Counted from the stretch's first letter, positions 46,953 to 60,042 are shown. The stretch is DNA of 64,000 bases from Toensbergia leucococca (GCA_022813965.1 JALDZS010000014.1:124001-188000); one strand, 5' to 3'. The notes: a model not told the origin generated them from the letters alone. Translations and numbers: made by a program.

Positions 46953-48471
46953 GGATAAGTGAAGGATAGAGGGGAGGGTTTTTTTCGGACGTCTTTTGGG
47001 TTTATTGAGTTCCATGCTTTATTTGAAGCAGACAACGCATTTTGTGAGTCTGGTGTTCGACTTGAAGGATGCTCACAGACTCTTTGGCGGACCAAGTGAC
47101 GAGATGTCCGCATTCGGGGACACAGTCTTGAGCTAGATTTGTTGGGGACGTAGGTATCCGGAAGAAGATGCTGCTATGTCCTCGTTGCATTCCCTGTTGG
47201 ATACATAAAGACTCGATCGAATATTTGCCCCGGCATGGTCTACACCCTGGAGCGTATTGGATGAGTCTGGATGTTGTTGAATGCTGCCTAACTTCCCGTT
47301 TTTTGAGATATTCACCAGGAACCATGTGAAGAAATACAGCCTTTTTCTGCCATCACACCTTCCCTCTCCTGACTCAACTTTCTGGGATTACTTGTATAGC
47401 TTTTTTGTCAAGACATCTATCCCAATCACATCCCATCATCTCAAGCCAACTCAACCCCCATCTCAGTCTGTTTGACGACCAAAACCCTCCTCATCACCCA
47501 GAACACGCTGAAGCAAGGTGTAATATAAAAATTCCATAACGTATATAAATACTCACACTTCTAAATCACAGAAGTCTTCACACATTCCTCCTCCGAAGCA
47601 TTCAACAAAATTCATTTCTCTCGGCTCACAGTACCCACACCCCCTTATACACCGCCCAAAAGCCCCAGCAAAGTCAAGAATCCAAACCTCATCTTAAACA
47701 ACAAAACCCCCCCGTTCATCCCCGGCTTCAAATATCCCCATTCACAGACACATCTCCACCTCTCCCCTCATCGCCTTATAATACCCCCTTCCAACCCATC
47801 TCATAATCTCACACTCCGTGCCCTCCATTCAACCCTATCTCCTTAACCACTCTCAGCCGCCTCATCTCTCCCCCCCCCCCGAAAAACGGCCTCAGTCACC
47901 CCTTTCGACACCTCTTTCCGCCCCCTTGTTTCTCTGCTCGTCCCTCAAACTCTCTCACCCACACCCCCCCTACCCCTCAATACCTCACAAAACCGCTCTC
48001 CTCTTGCCGAAACCTTTCACTCAACCCCGCTCCCTGACTCCCCTCCGACCCATCTCTCTCAATTTTTGTTTTTCAAAGTGGGGGAGGGGTTTGTTTTAAT
48101 GGTGGAAGGGAATAATGTGTGTACTTTCTTCTTATCTTGTCCGGGGTTCTGGGCATGGGGGGTGTGTGGGATATCTTGGGAAATAGTGGGAGATAGTAGA
48201 GGGTCAAGGTGGTGGGAACGGTACGGGGGAAGGAAGAGGTTTCCTTTTTCTTCAATACTTTTTTATTTTTAAATTTTTTTTTGGCAAAGACGGGTCGTGC
48301 TGGAAGGTACATCTGGGGTTGATTATTAGGGGACGAAATTAGAGCACGAACACGAAACCACGCTGGAGAAATCTCAGAATAACAACACGAAAATCTGACC
48401 AAATCCATCCTTCCACACCAAAATAGCTCACAGCTAATATCCTCTCCCCCTCCACCTCAACTTTCCACCTC

Positions 48472-51393
48472 TCAACCAACCAAAAATCTCACCCCCATCA
48501 CCACCCCCGTCCCCTCAAACCGCCCCGACCGCTCCCCCTTGACCTGTCTCACCATGTGTTTCGGCGCAAAGGTGACAGCTGCATCCTCGCTCAGGGATGG
48601 TGTGGGCCAGGAGAGATCGTTGTTGCCGGTGGCGGCCAAGGTGGAGCGGTGACGGCGGCGCTTGCGGCTGGGGAGGATGGTTTGGTCGGCGCGGGTTTGG
48701 TGGAAGGGATGGGAGAGTTGGGTTAGTTGCGGGGATGCGAGGTGGGAACGAGGGGTAGAGGGGGTTGGTGGTTGTTCGGAAGGAGGTTGGGGCTCAGAGA
48801 AGGGGGTTGGGGAGGAGGGTTTGAGGGGAGGGGGTTTAGGGGGGCGAAGTTTGAGAGTGACGATTTTGCTAAGGCGAGGATTCGTTGTTGTGATTGGGGC
48901 TTGGTCTGAGCCTGGTGGTGAGGTGGTTGGGGTTTGAGACGATGAGGCGGTAGGAGTCAAGGGTTTGGGAGGTTTGAAGCTTGTTGTCAGCGATGATCGC
49001 GTTGCCCGCCTCGGTGCAATAAGTGCACTAACTGTGCTTTTGCCTGTCATCGCGCCCTCTTCCATCGCTGCTTCAATCTCCTCAGCCAGCGTCATCTTGT
49101 TGTCGTAAACTATGTGGAAAGGTATGCGTGGTCGAGGGCGTTTTGGAGGCGGCTGTTGTGCTTCGGTGCTGGACTCGGGGCCGAGATGTTGCTTTGATGG
49201 AATTATTGTAGAAGACGGGAAGGGGGGCGATTTTTGAAATGTACCATTTTTGGTTCGGGTCCGGGTGCGGGCCCAGCGGGCAAGAAGATTGAGGTTCTCG
49301 TTATTGGTTGGAGTGGTGGAGGGGTATACTGGGGTAGATTCACTGACTCTTCTGCGACGGTCAAGACTACTTGGTTCAGAGCAGGGTGGTGCGGTTGTTC
49401 TTCGAGTTGTTTGTGATCGCGTGTCTTGGACGAGATCTGGTGTACGAGCATAATCTGTAAAATCCATTCTAAATATTGGTGAAGAGGTATGCTGCGTCTC
49501 ACTGGCCAACTGAAGTTGAGATGTGTCTCCTTCCGCTTCACTAAAGTGCTCCTTCTTATCTAGAATACTGATATCACAGTCAAGATCGTGGGATATCGCC
49601 ATTCCTCTTGAACGAAATTTGGAACGTGGGCCTTCTAGGTCCGGTGTCATGTCTATGGGCTGGGGTGACCTGAAACAAGGAGTTTGCTCGTTAGCAGGTG
49701 TGATGGAATTCTCCGGGACAGAAGTTACAGCATCAGAACTGGCTGGCGCTCCCTTAGAATGAGAGTATAAGCTAGGTCGTCGTCGTGGCCTGCCGCAATG
49801 CCCTAATTTTGATTCAACATCCTGAAGCGCAAGGGACTGGCATCGAGCTGCCCCAGAGGGTGCTGATGATGGTGTAATGGGCACGGATAGAATGTTTTCA
49901 TCTCCCGATTTCGATCTCTTTGGCTCATCGCTAAGGGTTGTTTGAATGTCAGAGACTGGCGGTATTGAAAGATTTGATCTTGGAGTGTGATAAGAGAATT
50001 TTTGAGCAGCTATGTGACTATCCGCACATTTCCTTGTTCGACGCTTCGGAGCTGACTCCGGCTTTCCAACAGCCAGCTGCGCAGGGTATGTTTCGCGCGG
50101 CTTTGACAACTCTAAATGATTGTTCAGACGATAGTCTGTGCCAGTCCTCATAGGGGTAGGCTTTGGGATTTGCGCTTGACTTGGTTCGTCTTTCTGACCT
50201 CTACCTGCAGTCACAACCACATCCAGAACCCCAAATTTTGAACCCCCAGCTCTTTGCATTTCTTCAACCTCGGCTGGCATGTCAAGTTTGGCAAGACTAG
50301 CTAGATATTCTCCTGTCGCAGAAAGACCTCCACATTTACTCCCACCACATCGCTTAGCTTCGATGCTAAGAGCTTCAGAAACTGCAGTCCACCTCTGCTT
50401 CGCGCCGACGTACGCTTCTTTATTCCTCTTATGTTCTCTGAGAGTACCATCTGAGTTCTGGCCTGGTGGAACTAAAACCCAGGGTCTTTCCATCAAGCGA
50501 CCAATTCTTCGCCCGGAGAAACGTTGCGTGAGCTCTGTCATATTGTACGATGAATCGCTACGAAAGCGCATAGGAACATACGTAGAAGCACAGAGCTCGC
50601 CGTTGGAATACACGTCTATCTTGATATCTTGTAAAACGGATTTCTTCAGATGGCAATCGTATGTTCGCAAGAAAGAAGCACTGGAGAGAAACACTGTAAG
50701 ACACAATGCATGAGGGACAAGAGGTGGAGGATGATCTGGTTTGAACAGGCTTTGAGGTATAAATTGCGACCTGACTAGGCTGGATCGATTGGGGGGGAGT
50801 GTCTGATGGTCCCCAATATTTTCAATGCTACCGTCTGCTTCTGGAGTGATGTTACGGTCTCCAGGCTCCCTATGGAGACTGTGATTTGAGAAAGCCATAT
50901 CAGGATCGGCAGGAGAAGTGGCAACAACTGTTGCGCTGAAGTTGACTTCTTGATTTTCCGTGCTTGCTGCACTTTCGTGACCCATAGATTCAGCTATTGT
51001 GTATGAACTTGTTGGATTTGAAGGAAATTCTATGGATAGATAGTTGGTTTTCCTGCTTCTGCTCGGCTCTTGTTGTAAGTACTCCCTTGCCGGCCTCCTG
51101 GTGCGCTTTTCGGTTGTGGTCCGGCTAAAGAAATGTTTCCCAGCATGCACCATGAAGAACGGCATGTCCTCGTGGTCACCGAGACATCGTACGTGACTGC
51201 CGGTGTCCTCGACGTAGATTGGAGTCTCTGAGAGGGTTCCATCGTTAGAAGCTATCCCGAGTTCTGTGAGAGCACTCTGGGAGTTTCGAACAGTGGTTGG
51301 GCCAGAAATCGTCTGCGGTTCTGCTGTGATTGATGTCGCAAGATTGGCAACGGACAACTGGATTGTGGTCGATCTAGAATAAAACGTGGGCAT
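48472..51393 (-). CDS. Hypothetical protein (~970 aa) with one central globular block and a short ordered C-terminal motif
   Basis: Long intronless ORF, first ATG at 51393. Ordered block DIKIDVYSNGEL..RFSGRRIGRLMERPWVL..KFGVLDVVVTAGRGQK. C-terminus RQVKGERSGRFEGTGVVMGVRFLVG*. Confidence 0.85.
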   Translation of the reverse strand: MPTFYSRSTTIQLSVANLATSITAEPQTISGPTTVRNSQSALTELGIASNDGTLSETPIYVEDTGSHVRCLGDHEDMPFFMVHAGKHFFSRTTTEKRTRRPAREYLQQEPSRSRKTNYLSIEFPSNPTSSYTIAESMGHESAASTENQEVNFSATVVATSPADPDMAFSNHSLHREPGDRNITPEADGSIENIGDHQTLPPNRSSLVRSQFIPQSLFKPDHPPPLVPHALCLTVFLSSASFLRTYDCHLKKSVLQDIKIDVYSNGELCASTYVPMRFRSDSSYNMTELTQRFSGRRIGRLMERPWVLVPPGQNSDGTLREHKRNKEAYVGAKQRWTAVSEALSIEAKRCGGSKCGGLSATGEYLASLAKLDMPAEVEEMQRAGGSKFGVLDVVVTAGRGQKDEPSQAQIPKPTPMRTGTDYRLNNHLELSKPRETYPAQLAVGKPESAPKRRTRKCADSHIAAQKFSYHTPRSNLSIPPVSDIQTTLSDEPKRSKSGDENILSVPITPSSAPSGAARCQSLALQDVESKLGHCGRPRRRPSLYSHSKGAPASSDAVTSVPENSITPANEQTPCFRSPQPIDMTPDLEGPRSKFRSRGMAISHDLDCDISILDKKEHFSEAEGDTSQLQLASETQHTSSPIFRMDFTDYARTPDLVQDTRSQTTRRTTAPPCSEPSSLDRRRRVSESTPVYPSTTPTNNENLNLLARWARTRTRTKNGTFQKSPPFPSSTIIPSKQHLGPESSTEAQQPPPKRPRPRIPFHIVYDNKMTLAEEIEAAMEEGAMTGKSTVSALIAPRRATRSSLTTSFKPPKPLTPTASSSQTPTTSPPGSDQAPITTTNPRLSKIVTLKLRPPKPPPLKPSSPTPFSEPQPPSEQPPTPSTPRSHLASPQLTQLSHPFHQTRADQTILPSRKRRRHRSTLAATGNNDLSWPTPSLSEDAAVTFAPKHMVRQVKGERSGRFEGTGVVMGVRFLVG

Positions 51394-51803
51394 GACGGCA
51401 AGATTCAAGTATCATGGCTAGGGCAATGAATGGCAGAAGTGAATGTCAAGTATAAAATGGCGTTGTGGAAGCCAAATTCGCGTACGACTTCGGGCTTAGG
51501 GCTTCGAGGATGGCGTCGAATGTTTCCAGTAATGACTTAGGCCTCTTGGATGCGTGTCTTACTCGAGAAATACAACCTAACCGGTGGAAAAGAATCAAAG
51601 CATGGAGATTGACTTAACACATAGGACCAGACAGCAGTGTTACGTTGAAACAACACATACCGCTCTTTGCACCGACGACCGAATGGCAGCATCTTAATGC
51701 CACTATTTCCACTCGCCAGTAAGACCGTTCGCCATAATCCGCAGTGGTTGATCCTGTCCAATAACTCATTGCATATTCAAACTCGTAGGCGCACATTTCT
51801 GCT

Positions 51804-52665
51804 TCACCCTGAGCTGCCAATGCTCGAAGTATCAAACGATGCCCCCAAATCGACTATTGTTCTTTCGTACGCTCTGGCTATCTCCATTTCCCACCGCCCA
51901 TGGCTCCCATCATGCTCATTTCCCTGCGAAAGCTCATCATCCTCATCCATGCTTGGACCTTCGTCTGTATCTGTCTGTGATTCTGCGATTCTTGACACGC
52001 CATCAATACTTTCGTCTCTCCCGGACACTTCTACAACGGCAAGCCTTGTCCTCTCCACAATGCCCCTTATTCTTACCTTTTCAGTCGTACTTAGTTTACC
52101 TCTACCACCCTCAAACCCCGGCAGATTCTGGCCCGATTCCACATTCCGCCCCTGCAATAGGGAAGAAAAGGCCACGTCTAGCTTGCTCAATAATTGGAAC
52201 GTTGGTCGAGGCAGGAATGAGAAAGATGACAAATATGTGCATGTGTTGAGTGCAATGGTGAGCAGATAAGGAATCTGGAGCGATGCTAGATGATGTGTCA
52301 GTCGGTGAAGGCAGCGCACTCTTCGAGTCCGATATCATACGTGTACCAGACATCCATACCACATCAAGAACACCTTCCAGATCCGTCGCCACCTCGCCAA
52401 AATTCTCGTATCCGCTGACTTCAAAGCCAGGAGTAGTCTTATCCTCGAGATCTGCATTATATCTCTTCTCGTAGCGCCGCGATATCTCCAAGACCTTCCT
52501 ATCGACATATTCTATAAAGCTACTTTCTTTCGAGCCGCCGGATTTGAGGGGCCGAAGACGCGGCTGTGGTAGCAAGGAGATAGCATTAGGAAGTGACGTT
52601 GTAGAGAGCGGCTGCAAATTGGTTGAATCAGGGTGCAGAAAGCCCCCAGGCTCCGAGGAAGTCAT
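51804..52665 (-). CDS. TFB6: TFIIH-associated Tfb6-family protein, 2 exons
   Basis: Exons 52665-52341 and 52285-51804 give LPQPRLRPLKSGGSKE..YVDRKVLEISRRYEKR..LDVVWMSGTPSLQIPYLL..STTEKVRIRGIVERTR..WEMEIARAYERT. Confidence 0.75.
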
Positions 52666-52889
52666 TCAGGATGTTATCATTTATTTAATTTAGTGGGAAC
52701 TTCTAAAAGTCATCTCCTCTGATTCCACTGCTTCTGATTTGATATATGTGATTCTTCGCTTTCATTCAATCGAGGACCGACTTGCCAAGGGCGAATTACT
52801 CTCAAAATCCTATCGATAGTACTACATTTATCCTTACCTAAACACTCGCTTCATTCAGACTACTACGAGTTGTACGCTACCCCTCGAAT

Positions 52890-53372
52890 ACCCCTTTTTC
52901 CTACACTGACACACACCAGAAGAAATCATGTTTCATTCTAAAGAAATATGCTCAGTTCTACAGATGTGTCTTCTAATCCAAAAAGAGTATCCTCAGTCTT
53001 AAAAAGAATTTGTTCTGTCTTCAAACCTGTAATTTACTGTTTCTTTTCTGTAATATATGAACTGAGTATAACAAACAGTTTGTGAGAATTAAGAATGTGA
53101 GAGGCAGAACGGGGCCGAAGGATAAGGCAGAGTCAATGAGGTGAAGAAGCCGCAGTGTTGAATTTATAAATGAGAATGTCACAGATCAGGTGAACTTTTA
53201 GACTTTATCAGGCCTTCAGATTGTGGTTGAATTTTAGAGTCAGAGAAAGTGAAGTGAAAGAATTTGAGTCACATTTGAAGCATCATCTTCCCGGTATGAT
53301 ATTGCGCCCGGGTAGGGCTGCGAAAAAGGCGGGTCAAGGGGGTGTCAATGTGTCAAAAAGGGGTGCCAGTGT
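52890..53372. mobile_element. Possible degenerate non-autonomous DNA transposon remnant
   Basis: AT-rich, CpG-poor interior flanked by imperfect inverted repeats: ACCCCTTTTTcctACAcTGACAC (52890-52912) versus GTGTCAaTGTgtcAAAAAGGGGT (53342-53364). No transposase ORF. Confidence 0.3.
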
Positions 53373-54512
53373 ATTTATAGCCTTTACACTACTGTTCGTT
53401 GAATTGATTGACCAGATTTTCATAGATAAACCATATCTATTCCCATTTTGATGTAAAAATCTGCACTCTATCACCCATTGAAAGGACTTAAAGGGAACCG
53501 CAGACACTCCTAGACGCAATTTTATCGAGTTCAAGATTGGGGCAGTCAATGAGTATAGTGGGTCATCTGCAAGTTCACGTCGTATCCGATAAACTGATTC
53601 GACGATTTTGCCTAGAGATGTGACCAGGAGCAGAAATTGGGTTTCTAAATCATTCCAGTCACGAATTTAAATGCGTGACCACGCAGATAAGGACATAGGT
53701 CTCTTCTCCTAGTCTGTCATCTTTTGATCCGGAAAGACAGGATATGCCTCGCGGAGAGTATTGTTGAAGGGCGTAGCACTTGTATGATTTTGAGTTGAAA
53801 GTATCTGTACGAGAGATGTAAACGGCGAGGAAGGGTAATGAACTGAATAGGGGGCTGAGAAATTGATAATCAGCTCAGGAAATTGTGCTTTGGGCAGGTA
53901 CCAAGCACTTGAACAAAAGAAAAACCTTTCATCACACGTGCACATACCAACGTAATCACGAAGACGGATAGAGGTGGGAGTAGTAGCAAAAGTGAATAGG
54001 TATATAGAGGTATGAGGACCTACTTCTCTATGTAACGCTGATATTGACCTAATACCATGACTGACTATCTTCAACCTGGTCTGACATAAGTCAGGCAAGC
54101 GTATGGAACGAATAGATCTATTCTTAGTAATCCCGTAATCCAAGAAAGAATAAGAACATAATTGTAAGTGAGATAGTAATGAAGAATCTCAAGCGTTAGA
54201 TCTGAGATGGAAATAGTCATTTAGTCTTACACCAATGCAGTCAATCTCTCAGCATCTACGATGCAGCTCCTTATAATCATGCTGGATCACAGTGAGAACA
54301 CATATTGACCTCACTCGTCTGCAACATGAACTATATCATGGGCTGGGCCGAATGAGCTTATGCTAGTGGAGTAAAGAACATCTGCTGTCTCTGCATTCCG
54401 CACGTCAAATGCATAAGCGCAAATGGTTCGCAGCCAGCAACAGCAGGGTAATAGGCCAGGTCAAATGCTCAAGCCTTGAGCTTGCTCGATCTGTCCGTAC
54501 CAAGTGTATTGC

Positions 54513-54973
54513 TCAATGTGCTGTACGAGGCCCATTGCTTTCATTTTTGAATCCTTGGCGTTCACCACTCTAAACAAGTAATTCAGGATCATTGAGTATC
54601 AAGGAACACGAATAGGATACCAGGCTTACCTCGTGCTCCTGGATTGTCCCACCCTCTAGGATCTTGACCATACATTCGTCTTCGTTTTGCGTGCCGAACT
54701 CGTTTTCGAGAGTGGACTTACTCGCTCCATCGTACGCTCCTTGGGCGCCATGCCTAAGTTCCCAGAAGAGTGATTAGTAGTGGCTGAGTTGAATGAAGAT
54801 GAATCGTACTTGTGAGTAACAAATATTTTGAAGCCGCTGACGACTTGAGCCAATGGGACTGATCTATCAGCCTTCCACTTCTGTACTGATTGAGCATCGT
54901 CAACGAAGATCACGAAATCATCCTCCTTGCCCTGGTAGTGAACTTTGGACTGAGTTGTGTTTCCACGAGGCAT
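54513..54973 (-). CDS. RTC3: SBDS-N-domain small protein (Rtc3/Sdo1-like), 3 exons
   Basis: MPRGNTTQSKVHYQGKEDDFVIFVDD..KWKADRSVPLAQVVSGFKIFVTHK/HGAQGAYDGASKSTLENEFGT..ILEGG..E/SGERQGFKNESNGPRTAH*. Confidence 0.9.
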
Positions 54974-55342
54974 GATGATGATTTGAGGTTTAGGAAAGAA
55001 AATTCAATGTTGTCTAATGACTATGGGCAATGTGGTCTTAGTTGAGAATATGGGATGGATCAAAGCAAGTGGTGACAGGAGCTGTTGTCGAAGTGTTTAT
55101 GTGGTCGCATGGGCTCATTGACATGCAGCGTGACATCACAGGGCTGGAGCAAACTTACAAAACTAGGTATTCTATTCTAAGGTACGGAATACTCCGTAAA
55201 CATTCACAACAACAACTTTTAAGATACAGCTTTCCATAATCAATACCATCATAGTCCTTCCCATATAGTATTCCAGGACACCATCGGCGTGCTATGCAGG
55301 AAGCTTTCAGACAAGAGAGCAAACTCAAACAGGCATTGGCCC

Positions 55343-58300
55343 TCAAGAGAGCCAGTTCCATAAGCCACCAGTACCCCTCCTATTTTTCGTAGACTGCCCG
55401 GCGCTGAGGTCCGTACTCTCAATGCTTCGATCTTTGACCGCTCGCTGAATGCGCGCTTCGGGTCGTTCGTTCTGCTTTATTCTCTTAGCACTTCTAAATT
55501 TTCGCGTTGCATTTGAGAGGGCGGAATTCGGCAGAGACATGGCTTGTCCCAAATTTAAAACAAGACCGTCAGCCGTCTCTAACAAGGCCCGAGTCGATTC
55601 GGCTGGATGAGCATCTATCCCACGGCCTTCTTTATCGTCAGCTAAGTGCGCATCCAGAGGTGTGGGGTCTGCTCCGCTGTCCGCAAGGCTTGCGTAGCTT
55701 GTAGATCGCTTGGTAAAGCTGCTAGCTATACTGGCTCTGCTTAATTTGCGCATCATAGAACTCGCCGAAGCTCGGATTAGATGCTCGCCCCGATTGGTAC
55801 TCATACCAGGGTAAGGTAGAATGTCTCGAGTCCAGACATTGGACAAAGCATGTTCCATGCGTATTCTATCTGCTCGTTTAGGGGCAAGGATTGGGATGCG
55901 ATTAGTTGATAGCAAAGACTGCGATCGACTTAGTGACGCTGAATTAGACATCTGTGGGTCTCCGGACTCCTTCAAGGCATAGGTGTTTCGAATGATCACT
56001 TGATATACATTCGTCCTGGAACTGACTGTGGCTGGACGCTGCATCGAAATACGGCGAGCGAGGGATCCTGGATGACCGAAGACAGACCCAAGTGGTCTGA
56101 TATCGAGGGAAAGAATAGAGTACAGTGCAGGTGAGGTCGATTGATCTTCCATTTGTCGTTTCCTTTCCGCCTCTGAGAATTGGAGGATGTTCGCTTTCCA
56201 CTGCTCTTCCTCTTTAAAGGAACAAGCACAGAAGATCACCTCGAAGAGCTGTAGATCTGATTCAAAAAACACCTTCCAAGAATATAGAGCCGTATGACAT
56301 TGGAGACCTGTGCATTGTCAATGCTGGCCCAAGAGTGAACGCGAGGATACGGTTACCTCTTCCGTTATCACTATTATCTATCTGCATATCACCAAGTCCA
56401 ATCGTTGCTACAATGTCGTAGCGCAGGCCCCCTGGCTTCGATGTTGCGAGGAGCAGACATGACTTGAATAAAACACAGAGCATGTATTCACCACAGACCC
56501 CATTCTTAGACTGGTACACCACATAAAGAACACCGCACAGTATAGAGTGACCCAACAGACGGAGTGTAAGCGGGGCCGAAGACTAGTGAATGAACTTGTG
56601 AGGAGATTACTGTACATAGGTAGGCCAGGATGCTTACTGAATCAGGAAAGACGAGAAGATCTTGGAGTCTCCATGACCGTTGGATCTTGGCTTGTGTCTG
56701 CCGATCATTGGTTGCCTTGTTAATCTCCATAGTAGTCTCACGAAGCCGACATAGTACCTTCTCTACTTCAGCGTGTGACTCCGGGCAGTCGAAAACGGGC
56801 GTTTGCTTATAGATATCGGCAAATAGAAGTGGATACTTGCAGACTCGTTGTATGGGCTATCATGGCATGCTCAGTGGAGAACACGAAATTCGGGCTGTGG
56901 TCATACCTTGATCAACAGATCTCCAAAGGTCAATCCCTTCCTGCTGTTTTCTTCGCGAGTGCTTGCCGGGGCAAGTGAGTTGGCTAAAGCTTCAACGCCT
57001 CTTTCGTAGATATGCCAATTTGGTATAGTTCGAGAAGCTGAGACCATGTCTTGCAACATCGACTCGTACTTGGCCCCGTATTCCTCATAGACAAAGAAAC
57101 GGCCCATCTATAAGTCGACTCTATTTAGTATTCTTCTTCATGGAGACGGGAAAGGGAGCTATACAAAATGGTCAAATACTTTCGCAACTTCCGCCACATC
57201 ACGTGGCTCCGAACCCATAATGTCTCTCTTGGGCTTTCCCGACATCGCGACCTCGAATGAGCGACGGACCACATGGAACGAGCCTATACCAGCTGGTGGG
57301 TGTGCGTCTTCTAGCTTAGACGAACGACCAAATCTTGGATAGAATGCGCCATAATTTGCAGATCTTAATTCGGACTCGGGGATTACTCGCCGGAGCTGGC
57401 AAAGAAGTTCCTCGTGCAAGGAAAGTATTTCTGAGACGTTACATTGTATCTGCGTTGAGCTTTGTGGAGAAACGCTGGGTGCAGACGCAAGTAAGGTAAA
57501 GTAAACCTACCGACTTTTGTAAGCCATTTTGAGATGGAAAAGGAGTACAATTTTCGAATTTACGGACATTAACCAAGACCTTAAGATCCGCAATGTAACT
57601 TTCCTCCGAGCTGAGGAGCTCTTCCAATATGCTGCGACGCTGAATCGCTCTATTCCACACAGCTTCGTCAATCGCGCGAGCAGATGTCAAGCTATCATCT
57701 GCCGATGCTCTTGCTCTATTGACACTGTGCGAGTGTCTGCTACTTATGTTGCTGCTCCTCACGAGATCTGATCTCCGAGTTTTCCGCGAGCGAGGTGCCG
57801 TGCTAGACGTTGCTATGCTCATGCTCATTGTCTTGACCGCAGCTACAAAGCCAGAAGATGACAATGACAATCTTTTTCTATTCCTTGAAGTTGGTTGGGT
57901 TCCCGCCTTACGCCGGAGCTCATCAGAGTCATCAAGGGACCATCGCTCTTCACGGACATTCAGAGATCGCTTATGCTTAGAGCCCTTTCGACGCAACGTA
58001 CTCATCCATCTCTTGAACGGACGAGTCGTTGTGTCTTCACTTACGAACGGTGGGTCCTTGTGATCCTGGTCCTCAAATAGTGGAGTTTGGAAGTTCCCTT
58101 GAGGCACAAACTTCTCGTGCGCAACCCCGAGTGATAAGCTGCGATCAACCTTCCGTCGTCGATCAAGCTTGTTGTCTCTGCTAGAGGCTCTGCTTGATTG
58201 ATTGGCTTCACCACATCCTGCGTTGAGATTGATATCCTCCAAAGGACCAGAATTGAATGATAGAGTTGGAGTTCCCCGTGCAGGAGATGGTACTGGGATA

Positions 58301-58578
58301 TCATTTCCCCAGCTTGATCTGTGAGAAATTTGTGTAGACGGTTTTCTCGGCAGATTTTCGTTTCTCACTCGAAGAGGCCCAGGTGATATAGACCCCAAGG
58401 AGCTCAACGACTTTGATGAGCCATTGTGATGATAAGTTCGGTGGACTGTGCCCATCGAAGTTTTTGAACCATTCAACCACCAGGCGTGGGTCAAAGATGA
58501 GCCATGTTCGGCACTATATGGGTCAGGTTGAGACGTCGACTGAGCTTTGGAGATGCTGGGAGCATGGCGGCCAGACAT
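55343..58578 (-). CDS. Rho guanine nucleotide exchange factor (DH plus PH-like), 6 exons
   Basis: AIQRRSILEELLSSEESYIADLKVLVN/VYFTLL..LHEELL../MGRFFVYEEYGAKY..LTFGDLLIK/PIQRVCKYPLLF..EINKAT/..LGHSILCGVLYV../LQCHTALYSWKVFFE. The 5' start is uncertain. Confidence 0.88.
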
Positions 58579-59640
58579 GGTATGGGAAAGCCAGTAGCAT
58601 GAAAATTAAGGATGATCAGAGATATCAGAGCAAGGAAAAGCTATACTGAGGTCTGTGAAAGGATCTTCTGCTGATAAGCGTCACATAAAAGCATGTCCAA
58701 AAAGCCAAGGAAATGCTTTGGAAAGACCAGAATGCCTGAATGATTACCCAGGCGAGTAGTAGATGAATGAATAGAGCACAATTAACCTGATCAGGAAATA
58801 GCGAACTAGAGGTAGATAGCGAATGTCTGGTATCTCTTCCTCAAGTTCGCAAGGAAGCTACGGCCGAAAGATTGGGCACGTCAGAACACAATTTGAATGT
58901 TTCTATTTCTTGAGAAAGTGAGAAACGTTGGAGGTGATATGTAGAGACCGAGACGATGTTTCCACGATACAGACTATCACCGAAAGGTACCAGGAAACGA
59001 CCAAGATATACAACTGTATGTGAAAGACGTTAGCAAAGGAAGTATGGCGAGTCACCAGTGTAGGACTACATAAAGGGGAACTAGAGGGATTTCGAACTGA
59101 TACATATTGAAATCACGATACCTTTGTGGGCTTACTAGAAAGGACCTTGCGAGTGATTGAAAGCACTCCGAAAATCCCCACCTCTGCTCTTCCTTATCGT
59201 ACTGTTGAAAATTGTTAGGAAACAATCAGACGTGAGTTGCGACATGACTTGTTCTTCGCCTCACCATGCCATGCTAGCCATATAGACCCCATTCAATCAA
59301 GTTTGGACGATAGTCTGAGAGAGGAAACCAAATTGCACTGCAAAAGAAATAAAGAAAAAGTCCATTCGACAAAAGTCTTTGCAAGCTAACTTAATGCCAC
59401 TGAACTCAAAACATTGAACCTTGATTCGATAGAAAGACCTTGCATGCTAAATAACATCACTGGACCCAGGGACCCAGGATGTTGAATCCTGAATCTTGCT
59501 ACACTCATTACGCTCAGGATGATGGATCCCAAGTACTCTCCCTCCCAAAATCAATTCCTCCAACGCTAAAAGAGTGTTCTTCATGTAAGTGAGTGTCTCT
59601 CCATTTGGGTGATAGTGAGCTTCTGGAGGTCGGAAAGAAC

Positions 59641-60042
59641 TTAAGGACCAGTATGGTGGGTCTCGCACCACACGCCATCGCAACGCCCATAGGCTTGCTT
59701 GAACTCGACCACACGATTCATATGGTCCCAGAGTAGGCTGCTGTACTCTAACACAACATCTGCGGGACTCCAATCTTCATCCTCGGCTTGTTCGCACATC
59801 GTCCACACCACGCGAGACCAGCGCCTCATATCAGTTCTCACATGCTCCTTGTAGCAGTATCCGCAGTACGGAAACTCATCCGACAACTCGTTCATGGCGG
59901 TTATGTACCCACAGGCTCTGGGCATAGAGGTCTCCGTTGCGCTTTCCGAGTGGGCTAGTCGCTCTACAGAGCATTTATCAGTGATCAACAGACGGATGGA
60001 ACATTGGCAGATCGAATGTAGGAGTTTTTTTCCACGGCACAT
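59641..60042 (-). CDS. Small Cys-rich hypothetical protein (133 aa)
   Basis: ATG ORF MCRGKKLLHSICQC..KC..RAC..YCGYC.., a Cys spacing seen in small fungal Zn-binding orphans. No homology recognised. Confidence 0.45.
   Translation of the reverse strand: MCRGKKLLHSICQCSIRLLITDKCSVERLAHSESATETSMPRACGYITAMNELSDEFPYCGYCYKEHVRTDMRRWSRVVWTMCEQAEDEDWSPADVVLEYSSLLWDHMNRVVEFKQAYGRCDGVWCETHHTGP

Noticed and set aside
45901..48408. Many 60-130 aa ORFs in the low-complexity gap
   Set aside because: They result from skewed C/A- or G/T-rich composition and homopolymers.
51667..52269. 200-aa + strand ORF
   Set aside because: Antisense to TFB6 exon 2, with a non-ATG start.
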